A DNA stretch of 36,506 bases from positions 1 to 36,506 of IMG/VR virus record IMGVR_UViG_2534681651_000007. One strand, 5' to 3'. Numbering within the stretch: position 1 is the first letter of the stretch; each line of letters begins with the position of its first letter. Positions 7,582 through 15,306 of the stretch are shown piece by piece. The DNA is from a virus. Its lineage: Duplodnaviria; Heunggongvirae; Uroviricota; Caudoviricetes. The position numbers and the translations under genes are program-made. The notes below the pieces were generated by a model. It had not been told where the DNA came from. It saw nothing but the letters and a program-made list of their open reading frames with translations, and searched no databases.

Positions 7582-7713
7582 TTATCTCCTTGTCTTTACA
7601 ATTTGATAATCCTGACCTGTTTGTTTTGCGTATTGCTCAGCCTGTTCTTTTGTTTTGAAAGAGTTTCCGCAAACCCATCTACCGCAACTTCTGTATTGAA
7701 TTTGGTAGCTCAT
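7582..7713 (-). CDS. Small Cys-containing protein (43 aa, MSYQIQYRSCGRWVCGNSFKTKEQAEQYAKQTGQDYQIVKTRR)
   Basis: Manually translated; ATG 4 nt after the N stop with GAGGGG Shine-Dalgarno; its stop lies 1 nt before the downstream gene's ATG. Confidence 0.5.
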   Translation of the reverse strand: MSYQIQYRSCGRWVCGNSFKTKEQAEQYAKQTGQDYQIVKTRR

Positions 7714-7716
7714 ATC

Positions 7717-8022
7717 TCACCCCTCATACAGTGGTTTGCTGCCTAATTTAATTTTCTGGCGACCAACACAAGTCACACCCATTTCACTCCGTGGCTTGCG
7801 GTAGTAAATACGGTTCTGTTTACGCTCGACTTCTTCTACCTTCTTGCAGCGAAGGCTTCCGAGTGATGCTGCTTTATCTGCCCTGACGCAACCAGAGAAC
7901 TTTAGCGCAATCTTTCGTGCCAATCGCTGTTCTTGCATTGCCTGTTCACGTTGAGCCTGTCTGCGTTCTCTGCGGCGATTTCTGGCGTTATCGTCAGCCA
8001 GATATGTAATGACTACTGTCAT
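7717..8022 (-). CDS. N: N-type transcription antiterminator
   Basis: Arg-rich N-terminus (DDNARNRRRERRQAQREQ); C-terminus YYRKPRSEMGVTCVGRQKIKLGSKPL resembles recalled lambda N (WYSKPGERGITCSGRQKIKGKSIPLI); GGAGG Shine-Dalgarno; downstream of pL/nutL. Confidence 0.88.
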   Translation of the reverse strand: MTVVITYLADDNARNRRRERRQAQREQAMQEQRLARKIALKFSGCVRADKAASLGSLRCKKVEEVERKQNRIYYRKPRSEMGVTCVGRQKIKLGSKPLYEG

Positions 8023-8134
8023 GTTGACCTCCGATGATTGACTTTAGCGGTGACGTGACGGGGGGGGAGGTTAACTCCCTGATGCTGTCGCGCGGCTGCA
8101 CTTCACATCACCCCAAAGCCAACTACTCTTTGGT

Positions 8135-8175
8135 TCCCGCATTTCGGCGGGACAATCCCATCAATGTTAAAGAGC
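8135..8175 (-). promoter_or_regulatory. nutL: nutL: boxA (GGCTCTTTAACA on the minus strand) followed by boxB hairpin (UCCCGC-CGAAAU-GCGGGA)
   Basis: Read directly; the same boxA and boxB core recur downstream of cro. Confidence 0.75.
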
Positions 8176-8221
8176 CTGCCAATCTGTTCCGTTTGGCTAC
8201 CAGCGTCCTGCTGATGACTTA

Positions 8222-8279
8222 AATTTAAGATTTCTTTAATTGATGGTCAAGAGTGTTTTTGAAGAAAACTTAAATTTTA
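8222..8279 (-). promoter_or_regulatory. pL (-35 TTGACC at 8245-8250, -10 TAAATT at 8222-8227, 17-bp spacer) with P22-type OL operators (e.g. ATTTAAGATTTCTTTAAT at 8223-8240)
   Basis: Promoter hexamers with canonical spacing; 18-bp dyad sites of the ATTTAAG-N4-CTTAAAT pattern recalled for P22 c2 operators. Confidence 0.7.
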
Positions 8280-8309
8280 TTGCGAAGTTTAAGTTTTGCT
8301 TTGATTTTT

Positions 8310-8341
8310 AAAGGAAAGAAAAAAGGGGCGAATGCCCCTTA
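8310..8341 (-). terminator. Terminator after the repressor gene (stem GGGGC/GCCCC, loop GAAT/ATTC, T6 on the minus strand)
   Basis: Minus strand reads AAGGGGCATTCGCCCCTTTTTT; hairpin includes the repressor stop codon. Confidence 0.6.
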
Positions 8342-8989
8342 TGGAAGGTTTGCTATTTTTGCATCGACAACTACACCGATGATTTTGCAGTTCCCGTTGA
8401 TCTCAATCATCGGATATTGTGGGTTAAGTGGTTTTAGAAACCTTCTGCCAGCATCAATAACTAACTTCTTGAAAGTTGCCTCGTTTTCTCCTTCGAGCTT
8501 TGCCACTACCAGCTTCCCATTACGAGGTTCTACTTCAGGATCGACTAGTATTATCATCCCTTCCGGGATGCTAAGACCGGCTGGAGCCGTCATCGAATCA
8601 CCCTTTACGTCCAGCCAAAACGAATCTTCTGAACAATCTACGGTTGTATCGTACCAGTTATCTATTGCACGCTTATGATATGGCTCTACAGCTTCCATCC
8701 AACATCCTGCGCTTACCCAACTAATTAGAGGATACGAACCTCTTGGATCATGCCTGCTGTGATAGGCAATGTTTGAAAGACTATCTTCTCCTTTCAACAA
8801 GTAATCAGGGGAGCACTGCAAAGCCTTGGCTAAGGCCAATAGGTTTTCGCCATTGGGCTCAGTTTCAGAACGCTCCCATTGGGAAATAGCAACATTAGAC
8901 ACGCCAACCATCTTGCCAAGGGCAGCCTGCCTAATTTTGAGTTCTTTTCTGCGAGCGCGAATACGCTCACCCATCAGTTGTGTATTCAT
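8339..8989 (-). CDS. c2: Prophage repressor, P22 C2 type (LexA-like autocleaving CI family)
   Basis: 216-aa ORF MNTQLMGERIRARRKELKIRQAALGKMVGVSNVAISQWERSETEPNGENLLALAKALQCSPDYLL... matching recalled P22 c2; HTH N-domain and S24-like C-domain; divergent from cro. Confidence 0.95.
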   Translation of the reverse strand: MNTQLMGERIRARRKELKIRQAALGKMVGVSNVAISQWERSETEPNGENLLALAKALQCSPDYLLKGEDSLSNIAYHSRHDPRGSYPLISWVSAGCWMEAVEPYHKRAIDNWYDTTVDCSEDSFWLDVKGDSMTAPAGLSIPEGMIILVDPEVEPRNGKLVVAKLEGENEATFKKLVIDAGRRFLKPLNPQYPMIEINGNCKIIGVVVDAKIANLP

Positions 8990-9055
8990 AGTTAAGACAT
9001 CTTAAATAAACTTGACTTAAGATTCCTTTGATAGATAATTTAAGTGTTCTTTAAT
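8990..9055 (+). promoter_or_regulatory. OR/pR region: operators AGTTAAGACATCTTAAAT (8990-9007) and ATTTAAGTGTTCTTTAAT (9038-9055); pR -35 TTGACT (9012-9017), -10 ATAATT (9035-9040)
   Basis: 18-bp dyad operators of the same pattern as at OL; canonical sigma-70 hexamers with 17-bp spacing between the divergent repressor and cro. Confidence 0.8.
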
Positions 9056-9069
9056 TTCGGAGCGAGTCT

Positions 9070-9255
9070 ATGTACAAGAAAGATGTTATCGACCACTTCG
9101 GAACCCAGCGTGCGGTAGCTAAAGCGTTAGGCATTAGCGATGCAGCAGTCTCTCAGTGGAAGGAAGTCATCCCAGAGAAAGACGCCTATCGACTGGAAGT
9201 CGTTACAGCTGGCGCCCTGAAGTATCAAGAAAGTGCTTATCGCAAAGCGGCATAA
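9070..9255 (+). CDS. cro: Cro repressor (P22 type, 61 aa)
   Basis: 61-aa ORF immediately right of OR/pR with HTH motif (QRAVAKALGISDAAVSQW). Confidence 0.9.
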   Translation: MYKKDVIDHFGTQRAVAKALGISDAAVSQWKEVIPEKDAYRLEVVTAGALKYQESAYRKAA

Positions 9256-9262
9256 GCAAATT

Positions 9263-9303
9263 GCTCTTTAACAGTTATGGTCCTCATCCCCGCCGAAATG
9301 CGG
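9263..9303 (+). promoter_or_regulatory. nutR: nutR: boxA GCTCTTTAACA (9263-9273) and boxB CCCGCCGAAATGCGGG (9288-9303)
   Basis: Same boxA and boxB core as nutL (on the opposite strand there). Confidence 0.75.
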
Positions 9304-9363
9304 GAATACAACGCGCATCAGTTGGTGCGTATAACTTCTTATTTGTTAAGGAAATACTTACAT

Positions 9364-9642
9364 ATGCAACTTACAAGTACTCGCAAGAAAGCGAATGCAA
9401 TCACAAGCAACATCCTGAATCGAATTGCTGTACGCGGTCAGCGAAAGGTTGCTGATGCATTAGGGATTAATGAATCGCAAATTTCGCGATGGAAAGACAG
9501 CTTTATCCCAAAGATGGCCATGCTTCTGGCTGTGCTGGAGTGGGGTGTTGAAGACGAGGAATTAGCAGAGCTAGCAAAGAAAGTAGCCATGGTGCTGACA
9601 AAAGAAAAGCCTCAAGACTGCTGCAACAGTTTTGAGGCCTGA
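9364..9642 (+). CDS. cII: CII-type transcriptional activator (P22 c1 analogue, 92 aa)
   Basis: From the ATG at 9364: MQLTSTRKKANAITSNILNRIAVRGQRKVADALGINESQISRWKDSFIPKMAMLLAVLEWGV... parallels recalled lambda CII (...AEAVGVDKSQISRWKRDWIPKFSMLLAVLEWGV...). Confidence 0.9.
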   Translation: MQLTSTRKKANAITSNILNRIAVRGQRKVADALGINESQISRWKDSFIPKMAMLLAVLEWGVEDEELAELAKKVAMVLTKEKPQDCCNSFEA

Positions 9643-9676
9643 TGTAGAAAGACTGGATCAATCCACAGGAGTAATT

Positions 9677-9838
9677 ATGACAAAACGTCGTAAGAAATAC
9701 CAGGAAAAAGAAGAGATTCGACACCCTGATTCACCTGAGGGATTAGTGGTAGCCGCAGCAAATAACAGGGCGTTCGCAGAGCGCCTTGTTGGTGTTTACA
9801 GACTAGCCAAAGCAGGAGTGAAACATGGGCGTCGTTAA
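9677..9838 (+). CDS. Small basic hypothetical protein (53 aa)
   Basis: CAGGAG Shine-Dalgarno 7 nt upstream of the ATG at 9677; between cII and the replication genes. Confidence 0.55.
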   Translation: MTKRRKKYQEKEEIRHPDSPEGLVVAAANNRAFAERLVGVYRLAKAGVKHGRR

Positions 9839-10645
9839 GTTAGCTGATTACAGGCCTCAACTGGAGGTCGTGGAGCATCGCGTGGCAGATACCGAAGATG
9901 GTTTCATGCGCGTTGCTAACGAGATTACCGACAGTCTGCTGATGGCTGATTTAACCGTCCGGCAGTTGAAGGTGATGATCGCTATCATGCGCAAGACATA
10001 CGGATTCAATAAGCCGATGGATCGACTCACAAACACGCAGATAGCAGCCATGACAGGTATTCATCACACTCATGTTTGCGCTGCCAAGCGCCAGCTTATT
10101 GAGCGTAAATTCCTCATTGCTGATGGCGTGAAAATCGGAGTGAACAAGGTGGTTTCGCAGTGGATTAGCCAGGACAGCTTAACATTAGCTAAAACAGCTA
10201 ATAAAACATTAGCCAAGTCGGCTAATGGGTATAAGCCAAGTCAGCTAAACACAAAAGACAATATACAAAAGACAATAAATACAAATACCCCCTTACCCCT
10301 AACGGGGGTGGCGATGGGCAGGTTAAACCTGAACGTCGCAAGGCAGAACGCATCGACTACGAATCCTTCCTGAACGCCTACAACACCGAAGTCGGTGACA
10401 GACTGCCACACGCTGTTGCGGTCAACGAGAAACGCAAACGCCGCCTGAAGAAAATCATCCCGCAACTGAAAACGCCAAACGTGGACGGTTTCAGAGCGTA
10501 TGTCAGGGCGTTTGTACATCAGGCCAAGCCGTTTTACTTCGGAGACAACGACACGGGCTGGACGGCTGATTTTGATTACCTGCTGAGAGAAGATTCGTTA
10601 ACGGGAGTTCGGGAAGGGAAGTTTGCAGACAGGGGGATTGCATGA
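9825..10645 (+). pseudogene. O: Replication initiator, lambda O-like, apparently interrupted: N-terminal part in one frame (9825-10373, 182 aa) and a start-less C-terminal continuation in another frame (open from 10235 to stop 10643-10645)
   Basis: N-terminal segment TVRQLKVMIAIMRKTYGFNKPMDRLTNTQ resembles the lambda O DNA-binding domain; ori iterons lie inside the ORF; the second frame has no ATG/GTG start yet ends in an ATGA overlap with the helicase gene. Frame switch must fall between 10250 and 10330, near C5 (10288-10292) and G5 (10304-10308). Confidence 0.65.
10165..10287. repeat. ori: Origin of replication: four ~17-bp dyad iterons (TTAGCC-N5-GCTTAA, TTAGCT-AAAAC-AGCTAA, TTAGCC-AAGTC-GGCTAA, TAAGCC-AAGTC-AGCTAA at 10165, 10186, 10209, 10232) followed by an A+T-rich stretch
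   Basis: Direct repeats at 21-23 bp spacing read directly; architecture matches lambda ori embedded in the O gene. Confidence 0.8.
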
Positions 10646-12018
10646 GACAGGATATCGAAGCGAGCGTTATCGGTGGCCTGCTGATTGGTGGATTAACACC
10701 AACCGCCAGTGACGTTCTGGCAACGCTGGAGCCGGAAGCGTTTTCAATTCCGCTCTACCGGAAAGCCTTCGAGGTTATCCGCAAGCAGGCGCGAAACAGA
10801 AACCTAATCGACGCGCTGATGGTTGCCGAGGCGTGCGGAGAGGAGCATTTCACGTCAATCCTGATGACCAGCAAAAACTGCCCGAGTGCCGCAAACCTGA
10901 AGGGATATGCCGGAATGGTCGCGGATAACTATCACCGCCGCCTGGTGCTGGAAATCATGGATGAAATGCGTGAACCAATTCAGAGCGGAACCATCGACGC
11001 ATCGAGTCAGGCGATGGATGAACTTGTAAAGCGTCTTTCAGCCATCAGAAAGCCCCGTGACGAGGTTAAACCGGTACGGTTAGGGGAAATCATCACTGAC
11101 TACACTGACACGCTTGACAGGCGTCTGAGGAGCGGAGAAGAGTCAGATACCCTGAAGACCGGAATCGAAGAACTTGACGCCATCACCGGAGGGATGAACG
11201 CAGAAGACCTGGTGATTATCGCCGCTCGTCCTGGTATGGGTAAAACCGAACTGGCGCTGAAGATTGCCGAAGGCGTTGCAAGCCGCGTTATTCCTGGTTC
11301 TGACGTCCGGCGCGGAGTATTGATTTTCTCGATGGAAATGAGCGCATTGCAGATTGCAGAGCGAAGCATTGCCAACGCCGGGAGGATGTCGGTTAGCGTG
11401 CTACGAAATCCTGCATCGATGGATGACGAAGGCTGGACGCGTGTTGCTAACGGCATGAGTCAGCTTGCAGATTTGGATGTATGGGTAGTCGATGCCTCGC
11501 GGTTATCGGTCGAAGAAATTCGCTCAATCGCAGAACGGCACAAACAGGAAAATCCAAACCTGTCACTCATCATGGTGGATTATCTTGGCCTGATTGAGAA
11601 GCCGAAAGCAGACCGCAACGACCTCGCAATTGCTCACATCTCAGGAAGCCTTAAGGCGATGGCGAAAGACCTGAAAACGCCTGTTATCTCCCTAAGTCAG
11701 CTTTCACGCGATGTTGAGAAGCGACCAAACAAACGCCCGACAAACGCAGATTTGCGTGATTCAGGAAGCATTGAACAGGACGCAGACTCAATCATCATGC
11801 TCTATCGGGAAGCGGTATATGACGAGAACAGTAGCGCCGCACCATTTGCTGAAATCATTGTGACGAAAAACCGTTTTGGCTCACTTGGTACGGTTTACCA
11901 GCGGTTCTGCAACGGACACTTTGTTGCATGTGACCAGGATGAAGCCAGACAGATTTGCACAGCATCAAATGCGCCTGCTGCGCGTGGCAGACGATATGCA
12001 CAAGGGGCGGACGTATGA
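10642..12018 (+). CDS. Replicative DNA helicase, DnaB family (P22 gene 12-like)
   Basis: 458-aa ORF with Walker A ([12 protein letters not shown]) and DnaB-like motifs; start overlaps the O C-terminal stop. Confidence 0.92.
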   Translation: MRQDIEASVIGGLLIGGLTPTASDVLATLEPEAFSIPLYRKAFEVIRKQARNRNLIDALMVAEACGEEHFTSILMTSKNCPSAANLKGYAGMVADNYHRRLVLEIMDEMREPIQSGTIDASSQAMDELVKRLSAIRKPRDEVKPVRLGEIITDYTDTLDRRLRSGEESDTLKTGIEELDAITGGMNAEDLVIIAARPGMGKTELALKIAEGVASRVIPGSDVRRGVLIFSMEMSALQIAERSIANAGRMSVSVLRNPASMDDEGWTRVANGMSQLADLDVWVVDASRLSVEEIRSIAERHKQENPNLSLIMVDYLGLIEKPKADRNDLAIAHISGSLKAMAKDLKTPVISLSQLSRDVEKRPNKRPTNADLRDSGSIEQDADSIIMLYREAVYDENSSAAPFAEIIVTKNRFGSLGTVYQRFCNGHFVACDQDEARQICTASNAPAARGRRYAQGADV

Positions 12019-12045
12019 CCATCTACATCACTGAGCTAATAACAG

Positions 12046-12072
12046 GGGCTATTTACACAGTAGCCCTTTTTT
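12046..12072 (+). terminator. Rho-independent terminator (GGGCTA stem, 9-nt loop, T6)
   Basis: GGGGCTATTTACACAGTAGCCCTTTTTT read directly downstream of the helicase gene. Confidence 0.65.
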
Positions 12073-12101
12073 ATTGGATTAAGAGCGAGGGGTAAGTACC
12101 G

Positions 12102-12284
12102 ATGGTAAATGCATTTATTTGTAGTTTATTTCTTGTCGCGATTTTTCATGGATTCCTTCTGATGATGAGTTTTGTTCTCTGGAATAATGGATATCGCATA
12201 TTGGGAGTAGGTTTTGTTTTACGGTTTTCAGTTGTCTGCGCGTTGCTACCGATAATTATGGCGACTATCAAATATTATTGGTGA
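12102..12284 (+). CDS. Small hydrophobic protein (60 aa, two predicted transmembrane helices)
   Basis: ATG-initiated ORF in an AT-rich pocket after a terminator; composition almost entirely hydrophobic (MVNAFICSLFLVAIFHGFLLMMSFVLW...). Confidence 0.45.
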   Translation: MVNAFICSLFLVAIFHGFLLMMSFVLWNNGYRILGVGFVLRFSVVCALLPIIMATIKYYW

Positions 12285-12311
12285 CACAAAAAATCATCGA
12301 TGGAGAGTGAT

Positions 12312-12650
12312 ATGGACGAATCAAGAAAGCAGTTTGAAGAAAGTTGGTTGCGACGTGGAGGCGAATCTTCAGACCTTATCCGTTACCCTGAAAATCACCA
12401 TGAAATTGGCAGCGGTAATATTGGTGGTCAATACGTGATGGACGATGTTCAAGGCCACTGGCAAACGTGGCAGGCATCGCGAGCAGCTATTGAACTGGAT
12501 ATCGACTGGCCCGAATCGAATGACGACTTTTGGAAAGATGGTGAAGAAGGTGCTTATGCGATGGGTTATGAGGATGGGCGTGACAAAACGGTAATAGCAG
12601 TAATGAAAGCTATCAGAGCCGCTGGAATTAAAGAGAAGAATTTTCGATGA
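12312..12650 (+). CDS. Hypothetical acidic protein (start uncertain: 12300 or 12312)
   Basis: ORF whose stop overlaps the ninB start (ATGA); GGAGAG Shine-Dalgarno upstream of the ATG at 12312. Confidence 0.7.
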   Translation: MDESRKQFEESWLRRGGESSDLIRYPENHHEIGSGNIGGQYVMDDVQGHWQTWQASRAAIELDIDWPESNDDFWKDGEEGAYAMGYEDGRDKTVIAVMKAIRAAGIKEKNFR

Positions 12651-13057
12651 AGCAAACAATCTTCCTCCGAACTAAGCAACAACAGCAAGCTGCAATAAAT
12701 GCCATCCTCGCAACACCACTCGATAAAGACAAGCCAGTCACCATCCGCATTACTGACTACAAGCGCAACCTTGACCAGAACGCAAAATTTCACGCGATGG
12801 TCGCAGATATCGCTAGGCAAGTTCAGTGGCGCGATAAATGGTTAAAACCAGAACAATGGAAGGTTTTGTTGATAAGCGGTCATGCAGTGGCAACGAAACA
12901 GGAAGCTGATGTTTTACCCGGGCTTGAAGGCGAATACGTCAACATTCGCGAAAGCAGCGCGCAGATGAGTGTGAAGCGTATGGCAAGTCTGATTGAGTAC
13001 ACGACAGCATGGGCTATTGGTCAGGGTGTCAGATTTACCGACAGGAGGTATGAATGA
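12647..13057 (+). CDS. ninB: NinB-family recombination protein
   Basis: 136-aa ORF; central motif [22 protein letters not shown] resembles recalled lambda NinB (RSLDQNRKLWACLGDVSRQVEW). Confidence 0.8.
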   Translation: MKQTIFLRTKQQQQAAINAILATPLDKDKPVTIRITDYKRNLDQNAKFHAMVADIARQVQWRDKWLKPEQWKVLLISGHAVATKQEADVLPGLEGEYVNIRESSAQMSVKRMASLIEYTTAWAIGQGVRFTDRRYE

Positions 13058-13236
13058 GGCGACAGCGACGAAGTTTCACCGATATCATCTGCGAAAACTG
13101 CAAATACCTTCCAACGAAACGCTCCAGAAATAAACGCAAGCCAATCCCCAAAGAATCTGACGTAAAAACCTTCAATTACACGGCTCACCTGTGGGATATC
13201 CGGTGGCTAAGACATCGTGCGAGGAAAACAAGGTGA
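13054..13236 (+). CDS. ninE: NinE protein
   Basis: 60-aa [54 protein letters not shown]... essentially as recalled for lambda NinE. Confidence 0.9.
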   Translation: MRRQRRSFTDIICENCKYLPTKRSRNKRKPIPKESDVKTFNYTAHLWDIRWLRHRARKTR

Positions 13237-13406
13237 TTGACCCAAATCGAAGTTACGAACAAGAAAGCGTCGAGCAGGCTTTAACGTGCGCTAACTGCGG
13301 TCAGAAGCTGCATGTGCTGGAAGTTCACGTGTGTGAGCACTGCTGCGCAGAACTGATGAGCGAACCGAATAGCTCAATGTATGAGGAAGAAGACGATGGT
13401 GATTAG
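13233..13406 (+). CDS. ninF: NinF protein (GTG start overlapping the ninE stop)
   Basis: [57 protein letters not shown] matches recalled lambda NinF; GTGA start/stop overlap. Confidence 0.85.
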   Translation: MIDPNRSYEQESVEQALTCANCGQKLHVLEVHVCEHCCAELMSEPNSSMYEEEDDGD

Positions 13407-13788
13407 CCGATACGGACAAATAACGTTTAAACATTTTCAAGACAATCCAACATGGGCTGCTGCGGCTGGATATGACTTTAATTATTTTGATTGTCTGTCA
13501 GTCGCATGTATAGCAACTACCAATGTTGCTAACAATATAATCGATGAATTCTTAGATTTTCCAGACTATCAGGTCAGAGAGTTGCCTGCATTTTTTGTGA
13601 AAGTATCTGTTGCTACAGCTCTGTTATTTATTTTGTTATTCGCATATCCATTGCTTGCCGTATTTGTTTATGTGAGATGCAAACACTCACAAAAGGAATA
13701 CAGCGGAGAGCATACCGAAATTACCAGCCAAAATATGCGTGTGTGGTTGAGGAGATGCCAAGAGAAATGGGGAAGACGTCATGGCTAA
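13396..13788 (+). CDS. Hypothetical membrane protein (about 130 aa) in a low-GC insert within the nin region
   Basis: GAGGA Shine-Dalgarno 7 nt upstream of the ATG at 13396; hydrophobic segment FFVKVSVATALLFILLFAYPLLAVFVYV; AT-rich relative to flanking nin genes; 3' end overlaps the next gene. Confidence 0.55.
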   Translation: MVISRYGQITFKHFQDNPTWAAAAGYDFNYFDCLSVACIATTNVANNIIDEFLDFPDYQVRELPAFFVKVSVATALLFILLFAYPLLAVFVYVRCKHSQKEYSGEHTEITSQNMRVWLRRCQEKWGRRHG

Positions 13789-14071
13789 CCTACGCAAAGA
13801 AGCGCGTGGCAGAGAATGCCAGGTACGTATTTACGGTGTATGCAATGGCAATCCTGAAACTACAGTTCTGGCACATTACCGGATGGCTGGAATTTGCGGA
13901 ACGGGAATGAAGCCTGACGACCTGATCGGCGCATGGGCTTGTAGCGCGTGTCACGATGAAATCGACCGACGTACCCATAATATCGACAACAAAGACGCCA
14001 GACTTTACCACCTCGAAGGCGTGATCAGGACGCAGGCGATACTACTGAAGGAGGGGAAGATTAAGTCATGA
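13781..14071 (+). CDS. YbcO-like (DUF1364) Cys-rich nin-region protein
   Basis: MANLRKEARGRECQVRIYGVCNGNPETTVLAHYR...CSACHDEIDRRTH resembles recalled DLP12 YbcO. Confidence 0.75.
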   Translation: MANLRKEARGRECQVRIYGVCNGNPETTVLAHYRMAGICGTGMKPDDLIGAWACSACHDEIDRRTHNIDNKDARLYHLEGVIRTQAILLKEGKIKS

Positions 14072-14430
14072 ACGAATATCAGTTTGTGCTTCCATACCCG
14101 CCGTCGGTGAATACCTACTGGCGAAGACGGGGAAGACAATACTACATCAGCGATAAAGGCCAGAAATACCGAAAAGACGTTCAGCAAATCATCCGCCAAC
14201 TCAAGTTAGACATTTTCACCAAATCACGACTCCGTATCAAAGTCATCGCAGACGTTCCAGACTCCCGCCGCCGCGACCTCGACAACATCCTGAAAGGTTT
14301 ACTCGACTCCCTTATCCACGCCGGATTTGCGGAAGACGACGAGCAATTCGATGACATTCGCGTAATTCGTGGTGTGAAAGTACCAGGCGGAAGGCTTGGA
14401 ATAAAAATCACCGAACTGGAGAACGCATGA
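14068..14430 (+). CDS. rusA: RusA-type Holliday-junction resolvase
   Basis: 120-aa ORF with the RusA signature (...PDSRRRDLDNILKGLLDSLIHAGF...DDEQ...). Confidence 0.9.
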   Translation: MNEYQFVLPYPPSVNTYWRRRGRQYYISDKGQKYRKDVQQIIRQLKLDIFTKSRLRIKVIADVPDSRRRDLDNILKGLLDSLIHAGFAEDDEQFDDIRVIRGVKVPGGRLGIKITELENA

Positions 14431-14615
14431 ACGCCACAATTCAAACGATACCAGAGCTTCTTATCCAGACACGAGGTAATCAGACCGAAGTGGCGAGGAT
14501 GCTTTCCTGCGCAAGAGGAACAGTGCTCAAGTACAACCGAGACAGCAAAGGCGAGCGTCACGTAATAGTTAACGGCGTCCTAATGGTCAAACAGGGCAAG
14601 AGGGGAAGACGATGA
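14427..14615 (+). CDS. ninH: NinH protein
   Basis: 62-aa ORF ...TIPELLIQTRGNQTEVARMLSCARGTVLKY... resembles recalled lambda NinH. Confidence 0.8.
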   Translation: MNATIQTIPELLIQTRGNQTEVARMLSCARGTVLKYNRDSKGERHVIVNGVLMVKQGKRGRR

Positions 14616-15235
14616 GACTCGAAAGCGTAGCTAAATTTCATTCGCCAAAAAGCCCGATGATGAGCGACTCACCACGGGCCACGGCTTCTGACTCTCTTTC
14701 CGGTACTGATGTGATGGCTGCTATGGGGATGGCGCAATCACAAGCCGGATTCGGAATGGCTGCATTCTGTGGTAAGCATGAACTCAGCCAGAACGACAAA
14801 CAAAAGGCTATCAACTATCTGATGCAATTTGCACACAAGGTATCGGGGAAATACCGTGGCGTTGCAAAGCTTGAAGGAAATACTAAGGCAAAGGTACTGC
14901 AAGTGCTCGCAACATTCGCTTATGCGGATTATTGCCGTAGTGCCGCGACGCCGGGCGCAAGATGCAGAGATTGCCACGGTACAGGCCGTGCGGTTGATAT
15001 AGCAAAAACAGAGCAATGGGGGAGAGTTGTTGAGAAAGAGTGCGGAAGATGCAAAGGTGTCGGCTATTCAAGGATGCCAGCAAGCGCCGCATATCGCGCT
15101 GTAACGATGCTAATCCCAAACCTTACTCAACCCACCTGGTCACGCACTGTTAAGCCGCTGTATGACGCTCTGGTGGTGCAATGCCACAAAGAAGAGTCAA
15201 TCGCAGACAACATTTTGAATGCGGTCACACGTTAG
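14612..15235 (+). CDS. Q: Late-gene antiterminator Q (lambda type)
   Basis: 207-aa ORF MRLESVAKFHSPKSPMMSDSPRATASDSLSGTD... essentially identical to recalled lambda Q; followed by a lambda-type pR'. Confidence 0.95.
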   Translation: MRLESVAKFHSPKSPMMSDSPRATASDSLSGTDVMAAMGMAQSQAGFGMAAFCGKHELSQNDKQKAINYLMQFAHKVSGKYRGVAKLEGNTKAKVLQVLATFAYADYCRSAATPGARCRDCHGTGRAVDIAKTEQWGRVVEKECGRCKGVGYSRMPASAAYRAVTMLIPNLTQPTWSRTVKPLYDALVVQCHKEESIADNILNAVTR

Positions 15236-15277
15236 CAGCATGATTGCCACGGATGGCAACATATTAACGGCATGATA

Positions 15278-15306
15278 TTGACTTTTTGAATAAAGTTGGG
15301 TAAATT
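15278..15306 (+). promoter_or_regulatory. Late promoter pR' (-35 TTGACT 15278-15283, -10 TAAATT 15301-15306) with overlapping qut region
   Basis: Hexamers with 17-bp spacing; sequence TTGACTTTTTGAATAAAGTTGGGTAAATTTGACCCAACG closely resembles recalled lambda pR'. Confidence 0.85.

Noticed and set aside
9156-9455. 99-aa plus-strand ORF spanning the cro-cII junction
   Set aside because: Runs across the nutR/tR1 regulatory region out of frame with cro and cII; not compatible with the conserved cro-nutR-cII layout.
13677-13910. 77-aa plus-strand ORF overlapping the membrane ORF and the YbcO-like gene
   Set aside because: Overlaps two better-supported genes in a third frame; kept only as a note in the corresponding finding because the true gene boundaries in this low-GC insert are uncertain.
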